Source: an uncultured Thermoleophilia bacterium (lineage in GTDB: Bacteria > Actinomycetota > Thermoleophilia > UBA2241). Taken from it: a stretch of DNA of 64,000 nt. The DNA is taken from positions 1,228 to 65,227 of the forward strand of contig CAVQXS010000004.1 in assembly GCA_963717965.1 (NCBI GenBank). The letters are read 5' to 3'. The notes under the pieces are model-generated. The model did no database searches. It was given only the letters and a program-made list of their open reading frames with translations, and had not been told where the DNA came from. Within the stretch, counting starts at the first letter, position 1; each line of letters opens with the position of its first letter. Of this stretch, positions 52,455 through 61,892 are shown in pieces. The translations under genes were made by a program, and so were the position numbers.

Positions 52455-54420
52455 GGCGTGGCCGTCCCACCGGACGGCGCGGCTGCGGCGCCGCCACGGC
52501 CGCGGCGACGCCCGCGGCGGCGTCTGTGGCGCCGGCCGCGGCTGCCGCTTCTCGCAGCCCGAGCCGCTCGAGCTTGGCCGGCGAGGGCACGCCGCCCCCG
52601 TCCCAGCCGCGCGAGATGTAGTACTCGTCGAGCATCGGCGGCAAGTCTACGACCTGGCCGGCGGACGGCCCGGCCGGCACGGGCTCGTGCAGGAGCCGGG
52701 CCGGCAGCGTGTCGTCGGCGCGCGTGAACCCGGCGGCGAGGTTGAAGAGGCGCTCGGCGTTCCAGATGCGCTCGCCCATCACCAGCAGCTCCTGCGGCTC
52801 CACCGGCTCGCCCCACACGGCGCTGAGCAGGCGGGCGTAGTAGTCCTCCTTCATCGCGAAGGCGGTGAACTTGCACACGCTGAGCGAGTCGAGCACGGCG
52901 TTCAGGTTCTGCATGTTGATGAGCAGGCCGGCCTTGCCCAGCGTGGCGAAGCGGTCGACCATCTTGGGCACGCCGAGGATCTCGGGGCCGAGCATGTTGG
53001 CGCGCAGGTGGCAGCCGCCGCGGTTGCTGGTCGCGTAGGCGAGGCCCTGGCCCTTCATGCCGCGCGGGTCGTAGGCCGGCAGCTCGAGACGCTTGACGCT
53101 CATCGAGAGCTCGGGGCGGCCGTGCAGGGCGGCGAAGCGCGCCGAGCCGAGCCCGAGCTCGGCGCCGAGGCCGTCGCCGGCGGCGGTCGCCTCGGCCAGC
53201 GCGACGATCGCGCGCGCGTCGCCGAAGCGCGGGCCGCCGGGCAGCAGGCCCTCCTCGGCGAGCTCCATGGCGCAGGCGACGGTGACGCCCATCGTGATCG
53301 TGTCCATGCCGGCGCGGTTGCAGGCGTAGTTCGCCTGCACGATCGCCGTCAGGTCGCCGACGCCGCACTCGGCGCCGAAGGCCCAGATGCTCTCGTACTC
53401 GGGGCCTTCGCCGCTCTCCCCGCCGGCGGTCGAGCGCCGGGCGCAGCCGATCATGCAGCCGCGGCAGGCGGAGCGGCGCTGCACGTGATCGCGCTTCAGC
53501 GCCTCGCCGGAGATGGCCGCGGCGCCCTCGAACCGGCTCTCGCGGTGGTTGCGCGTGGGCAGCGCGCCGGCCTGGTCGAGCACGTTGACCAGCACCGAGG
53601 TGCCGAACTCGGGCAGCGCCGTCGAGGTGATCGGGTTGGCCTTGAGCAGCTTCTCCGCCTCGTAGACGATGAACTCGAGGCGCTCGGGGTCAGCGACCGG
53701 CGGCCGGCGGTCGCCGTGCCCGTGCACGACCAGCGCCTTGAGCCGCTTGGCGCCCATCACGGCGCCGAGGCCGCCGCGCCCGATGGAGCGGCCGCGGTTG
53801 TTGACGATGCTGGCGAAGAGCACGCCGCGCTCCCCGGCCGGGCCGATGACGGCGGCCTCGGACCTCGGGTGGAGGTCGCGCAGGCGCTCGAGCGACGCCG
53901 GCACGTCCAGGCCCCAGAGGCCGGCGGCGGGGCGCAGCAGCGCGCCGCCGGCGCCCTCGAGGGGCTCGGCGGCCAGACCGGCGGCGGCCGGCGAAGCGGC
54001 GGCCGGCGCAGCCTCGCCGGCGCCGTCCAGGCCGATGGTGACGTACCCCGGCTCGTCGAGCGCGCCGGTGACGACGAGGTAGTCCCAGCCGAGGCGCCGC
54101 AGGGCGTTGCCCCAGTTGCCGCCGGAGTTGCCGTCGAAGACGGTGCCGGTGAGCGGCGAACGGCTGGTGACGCTGTAGCGGCCGCTGGCCGGGGCGCCGG
54201 TCCCCGTCAGGGGGCCCGGCGCGAAGATCAGCAGGTTCTCCGGCGCGAGCGGCTCCACCTCGAACAGCCGCTCGCGGAGCGCGAGGTACGCGCCCAGCCC
54301 GCGTCCGCCGAGGTAGGCGCGCGCGACGTCCGCCGGCAGCTCTTCCCCGCTGCAGGTCCGGCGGGAGAGGTCGAGGCGCAGGCCGCGGAGCGGCCGCAGG
54401 ACTGAAGCGGAGGACGTCAC
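52451..54420 (-). CDS. aor: Tungsten-type aldehyde:ferredoxin oxidoreductase; probable frameshift in the Ala-rich tail
   Basis: YLGGRGLG, SPLTG, GRGGLGAVMGAKRLK, CRGCMIGC, GPEYES, GMDTI, YDPRG, RGGCH; TATACT-N6-GTG leaderless start. Confidence 0.88.
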
Positions 54421-54446
54421 TCCGCAAGTATAGACGCTCCCCGACG

Positions 54447-55523
54447 CTAGCCGCGCGCGGGCGCCGGCCCGGCCAGCTCCCGCCAGGCGCCGAGCGTCAT
54501 GCCCCACTCGGCGAGCCGCGACCCGTAGCACTCGCGCGGCCCGAGCGACCTCATGCCGAGCTTCTCGAGGACGCGCAGCGAGGCGTCGTTGGCGGGGTCG
54601 GCGACGGCCTCGACCCGGGGAAGGAGGAGGCCGGCGAACGCCCAGCGCAGGACGGCGCGCGCCGCCTCGGTCGCGTACCCGCGACCCCAGGCGGCGCGCG
54701 CGAACGTGTACGTGAGCTCGACGTCCGGGCCGGCCTCCAGGATCTGCAGGCCGGCCTCGCCGACGAGCCGCCCGGAGTCCCGCTCCGCCACGGCCAGCGG
54801 GCCGTAGCCGTGCAGCGCCCAGTGCCTCTCGGCCGTGGCCTGCGACGCCGCGAGCTGCGCCGCGTCGAGCGGCGCCCGCTCGGCGCCGACGAAGCGCATC
54901 ACCTCGGGGTCGCCGAACACCTCGAGCAGCGGCTCGAGGTCGGCCGCCGCGAGGCGGCGCAGCTCGAGCCGCTCCGTCCGCAGCGGCGGCGTCGCGGCCG
55001 CCCGCTCCTCCCGCCAGGCCGGCGCCGGCAACGCGTACTTGGCCCACGTCGTGCCCCAGTACTCGGCCGCGCCCAGCGGGCGCAGCCCGAGCTTCCGGAG
55101 GACGCCGACCGAGCCGCGGTTCTCCTCCCGGGCGATGGCGACGATGCGCTCCAGCCCGGCCTCCTCGAAGCCGTAGGCGAGCGCCGCGGCGCCGGCCTCG
55201 ATCGCGTACCCCCTTCCCCACGACGACGGCTCCAGCGCATAGGTGAGCTCGACCTCGGGACCGCCGTCGAGCGGCTGGAGGCCGGCGATGCCGACCAGGC
55301 GGTCGCCGGCGCGCTCGCCCACGCGCCACGGCGCGTAGCCGAGGCGGCGCTGCATACCTTCGAGACGCGCCGCCCAGTCGGCGGCCTCCGCGAGGTCGCC
55401 CGGGGGCGGACTGTTCCAGTAGCGCATCACCGCCGGCGCCCCGAACACGGCGAGCACGTCCGGCCCGTCGGCCGCCGTGAGCGGCCGGATGCTCAGCCTC
55501 GCGGTGTGCAGCGGGAACGGCGT
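54447..55523 (-). CDS. Tandem two-domain RimJ/RimL-type GNAT acetyltransferase
   Basis: Duplicated LxTxRL...WGRGYA.EA...N..S..VL.KLG; the first domain extends to an ACG codon at 55523. Confidence 0.8.
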   Translation of the reverse strand, partial: TPFPLHTARLSIRPLTAADGPDVLAVFGAPAVMRYWNSPPPGDLAEAADWAARLEGMQRRLGYAPWRVGERAGDRLVGIAGLQPLDGGPEVELTYALEPSSWGRGYAIEAGAAALAYGFEEAGLERIVAIAREENRGSVGVLRKLGLRPLGAAEYWGTTWAKYALPAPAWREERAAATPPLRTERLELRRLAAADLEPLLEVFGDPEVMRFVGAERAPLDAAQLAASQATAERHWALHGYGPLAVAERDSGRLVGEAGLQILEAGPDVELTYTFARAAWGRGYATEAARAVLRWAFAGLLLPRVEAVADPANDASLRVLEKLGMRSLGPRECYGSRLAEWGMTLGAWRELAGPAPARG

Positions 55524-55524
55524 G

Positions 55525-56925
55525 CTACAGCGCCTTGCGCTTGTCGACGACGCGCACGGCCTTGCCCTCGGAGCGCTGGATGGCCTTGGGCTCCTTGAGC
55601 TTCACCGCGACCTGGATGTTGAGCACGTTGTAGATCTGCGCCTGCACCGCGCGCTGGAAGCGCTCGAGGTCGCCCATCGTCTCGGCGAAGAGGTCCTCGC
55701 CGACCTCGACCCAGACCTCGATGACGTCGAGGTAGCCCTTGCGGTCGACGAGGATCTGGTAGTGCGGCTCGATCGAGGGGATGCTCATCAGCACCTCTTC
55801 GATCTGGCTGGGGAACACGTTGACGCCCCGGATGATGAGCATGTCGTCGCTGCGCCCGATCGGCTTGCTCATGCGCGCCGAGGTGCGGCCGCAGGCGCAG
55901 GGATCCGAGGTGAGGCTGCAGAGGTCGCGTGTGCGGTAGCGGATGAGCGGCTGGGCCTCGCGGGAGAGGGTCGTGAAGACGAGCTCCCCGACCTCGCCCT
56001 CGGGCAGCGGCCGCAGCGTGTCCGGGTCGATGATCTCGGCCAGGTAGTGGTCCTCGTTGACGTGCATGCCCGCCTTGCAGAGACACTCGTAGGCCACGCC
56101 CGGGCCGCCCATCTCGGACAGCCCGTAGATGTCGAGGGCGTGCTCCCCGAGCCCCGCCTCGATCTGCAGGCGCAGCTCGTTGGTCCACGGCTCGGCGCCG
56201 TGGAAGCCGACGCGGATCGGCAGGTCCTCCGGCCGCAGGCCGCGGTCGCGGGCGGCGTCGGCCAGGTACATGGCGTAGGAAGGCGTGCAGCTCAGGGCCG
56301 TGGCGCCGAAGTCGCGCATGATCTTGAGCTGCCGCTCCGTGTTGCCGCCGGAGATGGGCACGACGGTGCAGCCCAGGCGCTCGGCGCCGAGGTGCAGGCC
56401 GAGCCCGCCGGTGAAGAGCCCGTAGCCGAAGGCGTTCTGCAGGAGGTCGCCCGGATGCACGCCGCCGGCGGCGAGGGTCCGGGCGATCAGGTCCGCCCAC
56501 ACGTCGAGGTCGCCGCGCGTGTACCCGACGGTCGTCGGGTTGCCGGTCGTGCCGGAGCTGGCGTGCACGCGCACCACCTTGTCGCGCGGCCGCGCGAACA
56601 TCCCGAACGGGTAGTGGTCGCGCAGGTCGATCTTGGTGGTGAAGGGCAGGTCGGCGACGTCGCCGTGGCAGGTCACGTCGCCGGGCTCGAGGCCGAGCTC
56701 GTCCATCCTCTTGCGGTAGAAGGGGACGTTCTCGCGGGCGTTCTCGAGCGTCGCCCGCAGCCGCTGCAGCTGCAGCTCGCCGAGCTGCGGCGTGGGCAGC
56801 GTCTCCGCGGCCGGCTGCCAGTACAGACCGCCGGCCGCGTCCGCGGTGAGGTGTTCCGCGTGCGCGGCGTTGAGCGGTGCGCCTTCGGCGCCCCGCTCGA
56901 TACCTTCCCTACGGTGGGTATTCAC
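55525..56925 (-). CDS. paaK: Phenylacetate-CoA ligase
   Basis: HASSGTTG, FGYGLFTGGLG, DIYGLSE, RYRTRD, IIRGVNVFPSQIE, EGKAVRV. Confidence 0.92.
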   Translation of the reverse strand: MNTHRREGIERGAEGAPLNAAHAEHLTADAAGGLYWQPAAETLPTPQLGELQLQRLRATLENARENVPFYRKRMDELGLEPGDVTCHGDVADLPFTTKIDLRDHYPFGMFARPRDKVVRVHASSGTTGNPTTVGYTRGDLDVWADLIARTLAAGGVHPGDLLQNAFGYGLFTGGLGLHLGAERLGCTVVPISGGNTERQLKIMRDFGATALSCTPSYAMYLADAARDRGLRPEDLPIRVGFHGAEPWTNELRLQIEAGLGEHALDIYGLSEMGGPGVAYECLCKAGMHVNEDHYLAEIIDPDTLRPLPEGEVGELVFTTLSREAQPLIRYRTRDLCSLTSDPCACGRTSARMSKPIGRSDDMLIIRGVNVFPSQIEEVLMSIPSIEPHYQILVDRKGYLDVIEVWVEVGEDLFAETMGDLERFQRAVQAQIYNVLNIQVAVKLKEPKAIQRSEGKAVRVVDKRKAL

Positions 56926-57335
56926 AGGGCCCTCACCTCATCGTCGGAGAGGAGCTTCACCCTGCCGCCGAGCAGCTCCACGGCGCGGTCGATGTCGCGC
57001 ACGGCGAAGCAGATGTTCGAGAAGGAGATGCTGTAGAGATAGTCGATCGAGACGCCGGCGGCGGCGAGCTGGTCGAGCACCTCGGCGAGCCCGCCCGGCC
57101 GGTCCTCGACGCCGACGCAGAGGACCTGCGAGAAGTGCGTCGTGAACCCGGCGTCGTGCAGCAGCGTGCGTGCCCGTTCCGGTTCGGTGACGATCAGCCG
57201 GACGATGCCGTACTCGGCCGCCTCCGTGGTGGAGAAGCCGCGGATGTTGATGCCGGCCTTGCCGACGATGTCGGCGACCTCGGCCAGCCGGCCGCTGCGG
57301 TTCTCGAGAAACACGGTGAGCTGCGTGACCTTCAC
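56922..57335 (-). CDS. Tandem ACT-domain protein
   Basis: QLTVFLENRSGRL, GINIR, EDRPGGLA. Confidence 0.88.
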   Translation of the reverse strand: MKVTQLTVFLENRSGRLAEVADIVGKAGINIRGFSTTEAAEYGIVRLIVTEPERARTLLHDAGFTTHFSQVLCVGVEDRPGGLAEVLDQLAAAGVSIDYLYSISFSNICFAVRDIDRAVELLGGRVKLLSDDEVRAL

Positions 57336-57928
57336 GACACGACCTCCTGGCTGGCGACTGCGGCGCGCCCGAGCGCGAACGCGCGCAGATTGACGTCGAG
57401 GATCTTCGCCGGCACCGCGGCCTCGAGGCCGCGCCGCCACTGCTCTTCCGTGAAGGCGAGGACGGTGGAGGCGGCGCCGAGCAGCGCGACGTTGACGGCG
57501 CGCAGCGAGCCGGCCTCCCGGGCGATCGCCTCGGCGTCGACGGCGAGGAGGCGCACGCCGCGCCGCGCGGCCGCCCCCGCGAGGTCCTCCGGGTACTCCT
57601 CCTCGCGGCGCAGCACGCTCCCCGGCGTGATCCGCGTCGTGTGGGCGCAGACCATCGTGCCGCGGGCGCTGAGCAGGCCGAGGCCGCGGATGCCCTCGAG
57701 GAGCTCGGTGGCCACGACGACGTCGGCGTGCGGCGCGACCGGCGACCACACGTGCTCGCCGAAGCGGACCGTGCTGAGCACGCTGCCGCCCCGCTGCGCC
57801 ATGCCCTTGATCTCGCTGGACTTGACCTCGAGCCCGGCGCCGGCCGCGGTCTCCGCGACGATGGCGGCGGCCAGCAGGATGCCCTGGCCGCCGACCCCGA
57901 CGAGCGAGACCGTGATCGTCCCGTTCAC
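57332..57928 (-). CDS. iorB: Indolepyruvate:ferredoxin oxidoreductase beta subunit
   Basis: GVGGQG, GMAQRGGSV, NVALLGA, NLRAFALG. Confidence 0.88.
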   Translation of the reverse strand: MNGTITVSLVGVGGQGILLAAAIVAETAAGAGLEVKSSEIKGMAQRGGSVLSTVRFGEHVWSPVAPHADVVVATELLEGIRGLGLLSARGTMVCAHTTRITPGSVLRREEEYPEDLAGAAARRGVRLLAVDAEAIAREAGSLRAVNVALLGAASTVLAFTEEQWRRGLEAAVPAKILDVNLRAFALGRAAVASQEVVS

Positions 57929-59715
57929 CTCGAGTCCTCGGCGGCGCCGGCGTAGCTCAGGGAGCCGCGCCGGCACACTTCGATGCACAGGCCGCAGCCG
58001 GTGCAGGTCTCGGCGATCGACATCGCGACCTCGCCGGGGGCCATCGCCGGGCAGCCCAGGTCGACGCAGACGCCGCAGAGGTTGCAGCGCTCCTCGTCGA
58101 CCACCACCTCGCCCGGCTTCTCGCGCGTCATCAGCACGCACGGCGCGAGCGCGACGATCACGCCCAGGCCCGGCGCCTTGGCCTCTTCCTTGATGGCCGC
58201 GTCGAGCGCCTTGTAGTCGGTCGCGTCGACGGTGACGCAGCGCACGCCGATGCCCTCGCAGACCTTCTGGATGTCGACCGACGGACCCTGGCTGCGGTCC
58301 GCACGCAGCCCTGTCCCGGGGTGCCCCTGGTGACCGGTCATCGCGGTCGTGCGGTTGTCGAGGACGACGACCATCCCCTCGACCGCGTTGTAGAAGGCGT
58401 CGATCAGCGGTGTGACGCCGGAGTGGAAGAAGGTTGAGTCGCCGATCACGGCCACGGCCGCCTTGCGCCCCAGGGCCTTGTTGAAGCCGGCCATCATGCC
58501 GACGCTGGCGCCCATGCAGAGGCAGCTGTCGAGCGCCAGCAGCGGCGGCAGCGCGCCCAGCGCGTAGCAGCCGATGTCGCCCATGGGGGCGAGCTTGCGG
58601 CGCCGCAGCGCCGAGTACACGGAGCGGTGCGAGCAGCCGGGGCAGAGCACCGGCGGCCGCACGGGCAGGCCGGCCGCCGGCTTCGGCGGGCTCGAGATGC
58701 GCGGCGCCGGCGGCACGACCGGACGCCGGCGCCGCGGCGGCTTGGCCAGCACGTGCTTCTCGAGCGCACGGAAGACGATCTCCTGGTCCAGCTCGCCGTC
58801 GGCGGGGATCGCCGCCTTGCCGATCACCGGGAGGCCGAGCGCCCGCACCTGCTCCTCGAAGAACGGGTCGAGCTCCTCGACCACGGCGACGCGCGAGACG
58901 TGCTCGTACAGGCGCGTGACCTTCGCGTAGGGCAGCGGGTGCGAGAGGCCGAGCTTGAGGAACCACGCCTTGGGAAACGCCTCGCGCGCATACGCGTAGG
59001 CGACGCCCGAGGCGATGATGCCGAAGTCGGCGGAGCCCGCCTCCAGGACGTTGAGCGGGCTCTCCTCGGCGCGCCGGCGAAGCTTCTCCAGACGCTCGAG
59101 GACGAGCCTGTTCCGCTGTCGCGCGTACTGCGGGACCATGACGTACTTGCTGATGTCCCGCGCGTACTCGCGCGGCTCCAGCGCGACCGGCACGCGCGGC
59201 AGCACCTGGCCGCGCCCGTGGGAGATGCGCGTCGTGGTGCGCAGGAGCACGGGCGTGTCGAACTCCTCCGAGAGGGCGAAGGCCTCGGCGACGTAGTCGT
59301 AGGCCTCCTGGCTGTCCGAGGGCTCCAGCATCGGCACCTTGGCGAACTTCGCGAAGGTGCGGTTGTCCTGCTCGTTCTGCGACGAGTGCATGCCGGGATC
59401 GTCGGCGCTGACGATGACGAGGCCGGCGTTGATGCCGGTGAGCGACAGGGTCATGAACGGGTCGGCGGCCACGTTGAGGCCGACGTGCTTCATCGTCACG
59501 AGGCTGCGCACGCCGGCCAGCGACGCACCGACCGCCGTCTCGAGCGCCACCTTCTCGTTGACGCACCACTCGCTGTGGATGCCCTCGAGCGCCGCCGTCG
59601 TCTCGATGATCTCCGTGGACGGGGTGCCGGGGTAGCCGCAGGCGAAACCGGCCCCGGCGCGCACCGCGCCGTGAGCGATCGCCTCGTTACCGGAGAAGAA
59701 GAGCTGGCGTTCCAC
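57925..59715 (-). CDS. iorA: Indolepyruvate:ferredoxin oxidoreductase alpha subunit
   Basis: GYPGTPSTEI, NEKVALE, MKHVGLNVAAD, SSQNEQD, CPGCSHR, GDSTFFHSG and C-terminal 2x[4Fe-4S]; TATAAT at 59730-59725. Confidence 0.93.
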   Translation of the reverse strand: MERQLFFSGNEAIAHGAVRAGAGFACGYPGTPSTEIIETTAALEGIHSEWCVNEKVALETAVGASLAGVRSLVTMKHVGLNVAADPFMTLSLTGINAGLVIVSADDPGMHSSQNEQDNRTFAKFAKVPMLEPSDSQEAYDYVAEAFALSEEFDTPVLLRTTTRISHGRGQVLPRVPVALEPREYARDISKYVMVPQYARQRNRLVLERLEKLRRRAEESPLNVLEAGSADFGIIASGVAYAYAREAFPKAWFLKLGLSHPLPYAKVTRLYEHVSRVAVVEELDPFFEEQVRALGLPVIGKAAIPADGELDQEIVFRALEKHVLAKPPRRRRPVVPPAPRISSPPKPAAGLPVRPPVLCPGCSHRSVYSALRRRKLAPMGDIGCYALGALPPLLALDSCLCMGASVGMMAGFNKALGRKAAVAVIGDSTFFHSGVTPLIDAFYNAVEGMVVVLDNRTTAMTGHQGHPGTGLRADRSQGPSVDIQKVCEGIGVRCVTVDATDYKALDAAIKEEAKAPGLGVIVALAPCVLMTREKPGEVVVDEERCNLCGVCVDLGCPAMAPGEVAMSIAETCTGCGLCIEVCRRGSLSYAGAAEDSR

Positions 59716-59886
59716 GGGGGACCGATTATAGCCGAGGCGCGAACGATCGCCAGCCTCCGCGGCCGCCGGCCGGGCAGCGAGCGGGGGCGCAGGGCCGCGA
59801 GCGGGGCGGCCGCGGGGCCGTGAGCGACAGGTGCGGCGGGCGTCTGAGCGACGGGTGCGGCGGGAGGTATGGCGTCCTTCGCTCGT

Positions 59887-59996
59887 GGTGCCGCCGACGG
59901 TACCGCCGGCGGTGCCGGGTGGTACCGGACTCGGTACCGTGCGCGGTACCGTCCGCGGTGCTTCGCGGTACCGTTCGTGGGGTCATCCGTGGTACC
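59887..59996. repeat. Array of GGTACC/GGTGCC hexamers at 10-12-bp spacing
   Basis: GGTACC at 59899, 59921, 59933, 59945, 59967 and 59991; GGTGCC at 59887 and 59911; GGTGCT at 59957. Confidence 0.8.
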
Positions 59997-60068
59997 GGCT
60001 CGGCAGAGAGCAACGTCTGGCGTGGGCCGCAGCTCCTCGGACCCTCAACCCAAACCCTTAACTTGACC

Positions 60069-60097
60069 TTGAAGGATTCGCGATCTCCTGTCAGAAT
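60069..60097 (+). promoter_or_regulatory. Sigma70-type promoter TTGAAG-N17-CAGAAT with extended -10 TG
   Basis: Spacing counted directly; upstream of the 60154 gene. Confidence 0.45.
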
Positions 60098-60153
60098 AGT
60101 CACGGCATGCAGCGCGCACCCTTCACGCCTCGCATGACTCGGACGGCCTTCGC

Positions 60154-61149
60154 GTGAGCCGTCCTTCTCGCAGACGCCGGAACCCGGCGCTCCTGCGAGC
60201 TCGCTACCGGACCCTCTTCTTCCTGCTCCTCACCGCGCTCGCCCTGGCGCTGGGGTATCGGGCCGCGGCCGCTCCGGCGCTCGCCGGCGCGCTCATCGGC
60301 CTGTACTCGGTCAGGGTCGCGCGCGCGCGCCCGGGCGAGCTCGCGCACACCTTCGTCGTCCTCGACTGGCTGCTCCTCGGCCTCGCGCTGGCTCTCTCCG
60401 GCGGCGCGGAGAGCTGGCTGCTCGGCGCCGTGCCGCTGATGGCGATGGGACAGCTCGCCGGTGCGCCGCGCGGCGAGTGGCCCTATCTCGTCGGGCCCGC
60501 CCTCGGGCTGATCGTCGTGCTCGCCATCGCCGACCCGTCGCTCGGCGGCAGCCGCGTGGGGGGCGTCGCCAAAGTCGTCGTGCTGGTCGCCGGCGGCTGC
60601 GTCGCGGCGACCAGGCTCTCGCGCCGGCCAGCCGCGCACCGGCGGCGGCCTCACGCCCCCAAGGTCGATGTGGGCACGGGTCTCTCGACCGGCGCATGCC
60701 TGCCGGGGTTCCTCGAGGACGCGACAGCGGCCGCGCTCGCGGAGCACCGGCCGCTCAGCGTCGTCTATCTGCGGCTGGAGCACTACGAGGACAGCCGCAA
60801 CTTCCTCGGCGCCCAGGGCAGCGACGAGCTGGTCCGCGCGGTCGCCCGGCGCGCGGAACGGCGGCTCTGCGCCGACGGTCGCGCCTTCCGCGTGCGTCCC
60901 GACGGCTTCGTGCTCGTCCTCCCCGGCCTCTCGCTCGCGGAGGCCAGGCAGACCGCCGCCGACCTCGCGCACGAGGTCGGCACGAGCCTCATCGGCGGGC
61001 GCCGGCAGACGCTCGCCACCGGCGCCTCCTCGTTCCCGACGGTCCGTGACGTCGAGGCTCTCCTCGCCGCCGCCCGCGACGAGGCGCTGCCCGCCGCCGC
61101 GGCGGCGGAGGTGGCCGCCACCGTCGTCCCGCTCGCAGCCGCGCAGTGA
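60154..61149 (+). CDS. Membrane protein with a degenerate GGDEF domain
   Basis: Several TM segments, then D..TGL, LSVVYL...G.QGSDELVR, RVRPDGFVLVLP (in place of GGDEF), GASSFP, LLAAA. Confidence 0.7.
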   Translation: MSRPSRRRRNPALLRARYRTLFFLLLTALALALGYRAAAAPALAGALIGLYSVRVARARPGELAHTFVVLDWLLLGLALALSGGAESWLLGAVPLMAMGQLAGAPRGEWPYLVGPALGLIVVLAIADPSLGGSRVGGVAKVVVLVAGGCVAATRLSRRPAAHRRRPHAPKVDVGTGLSTGACLPGFLEDATAAALAEHRPLSVVYLRLEHYEDSRNFLGAQGSDELVRAVARRAERRLCADGRAFRVRPDGFVLVLPGLSLAEARQTAADLAHEVGTSLIGGRRQTLATGASSFPTVRDVEALLAAARDEALPAAAAAEVAATVVPLAAAQ

Positions 61150-61210
61150 CCGGGCGGGCCGTGACGGCCCGCGTCTTGCCACTCCCGATGCGCCTCGCTA
61201 GTCTTCGGCT

Positions 61211-61507
61211 GTGGAGATCGACATCGCCAGCCAGCAGGTCACCGAGGGCGTCGCCGTACAGGTCGTGGTCCGGCTCTCCGGGCGCGAGACCAGCCGGCTG
61301 TTCGTGAGCGGCGACAGTCTGATCCAGCTCCCCCTCGAGGGAGCGCTCCCCGACCCCGACGGGTCCCCCCTCCCCCGCGCCGGCATCTTCCTCAGCGAGC
61401 TCGCCGGCAAGCGGGACGGCCTCACCCGTACGTTCACCGGAGCCGAGGCCGCCGAGGCCTTCGCGGCCGCGGTGCGCAGCCAACTCGAGACCGCCTTGGA
61501 GGCGTGA
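61211..61507 (+). CDS. Hypothetical protein
   Basis: TAGTCT-N6-GTG leaderless start, coding-type codon bias, stop overlaps the next start. Confidence 0.6.
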   Translation: MEIDIASQQVTEGVAVQVVVRLSGRETSRLFVSGDSLIQLPLEGALPDPDGSPLPRAGIFLSELAGKRDGLTRTFTGAEAAEAFAAAVRSQLETALEA

Positions 61508-61848
61508 TGACCGACCAGGCCGATATCCTCGCCGCCCAGCTCGCCCCCTACCGGGAGTCGCCCGGGATCCTCGCCGCCCTGCTCATCTCCCACGACGGCT
61601 TCGTCGTCGCAGCCGACGCCGATCCCAGCCTCGACGCCGGCGCCGTCGCCGCCCAGGTGGCCGGCGTCATCGACGTCGGCGCGCGGCTCGCCGCGGAGCT
61701 GGCCCAGCCCGAGGCGAAGTACATCTCCGTGGAGTTCGACGGCCTCAACGTCGTGCTCGCCCCCTTCGGCGGCGAGCTCATGCTCGTGCTCGTGGGCCTG
61801 CCCAGCGCCCTCGCCTGCGAGTACCGACTGATCAAGCCCGGCGCCTGA
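61504..61848 (+). CDS. Roadblock/LC7 (MglB-like) protein
   Basis: PGILAALLISHDGFVVAA...VAA...LA..E.DG..V pattern. Confidence 0.8.
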   Translation: MMTDQADILAAQLAPYRESPGILAALLISHDGFVVAADADPSLDAGAVAAQVAGVIDVGARLAAELAQPEAKYISVEFDGLNVVLAPFGGELMLVLVGLPSALACEYRLIKPGA

Positions 61849-61892
61849 CCGCCCGGCCGGCGCAGCCGGCCAGACCGACCAAGGAGACTCTC

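Noticed and set aside
52297-55329. 1010-aa GNAT-AOR fusion
   Set aside because: The N-terminal part is an off-frame reading of the GNAT gene; aor has its own -10 box and GTG at 54420.
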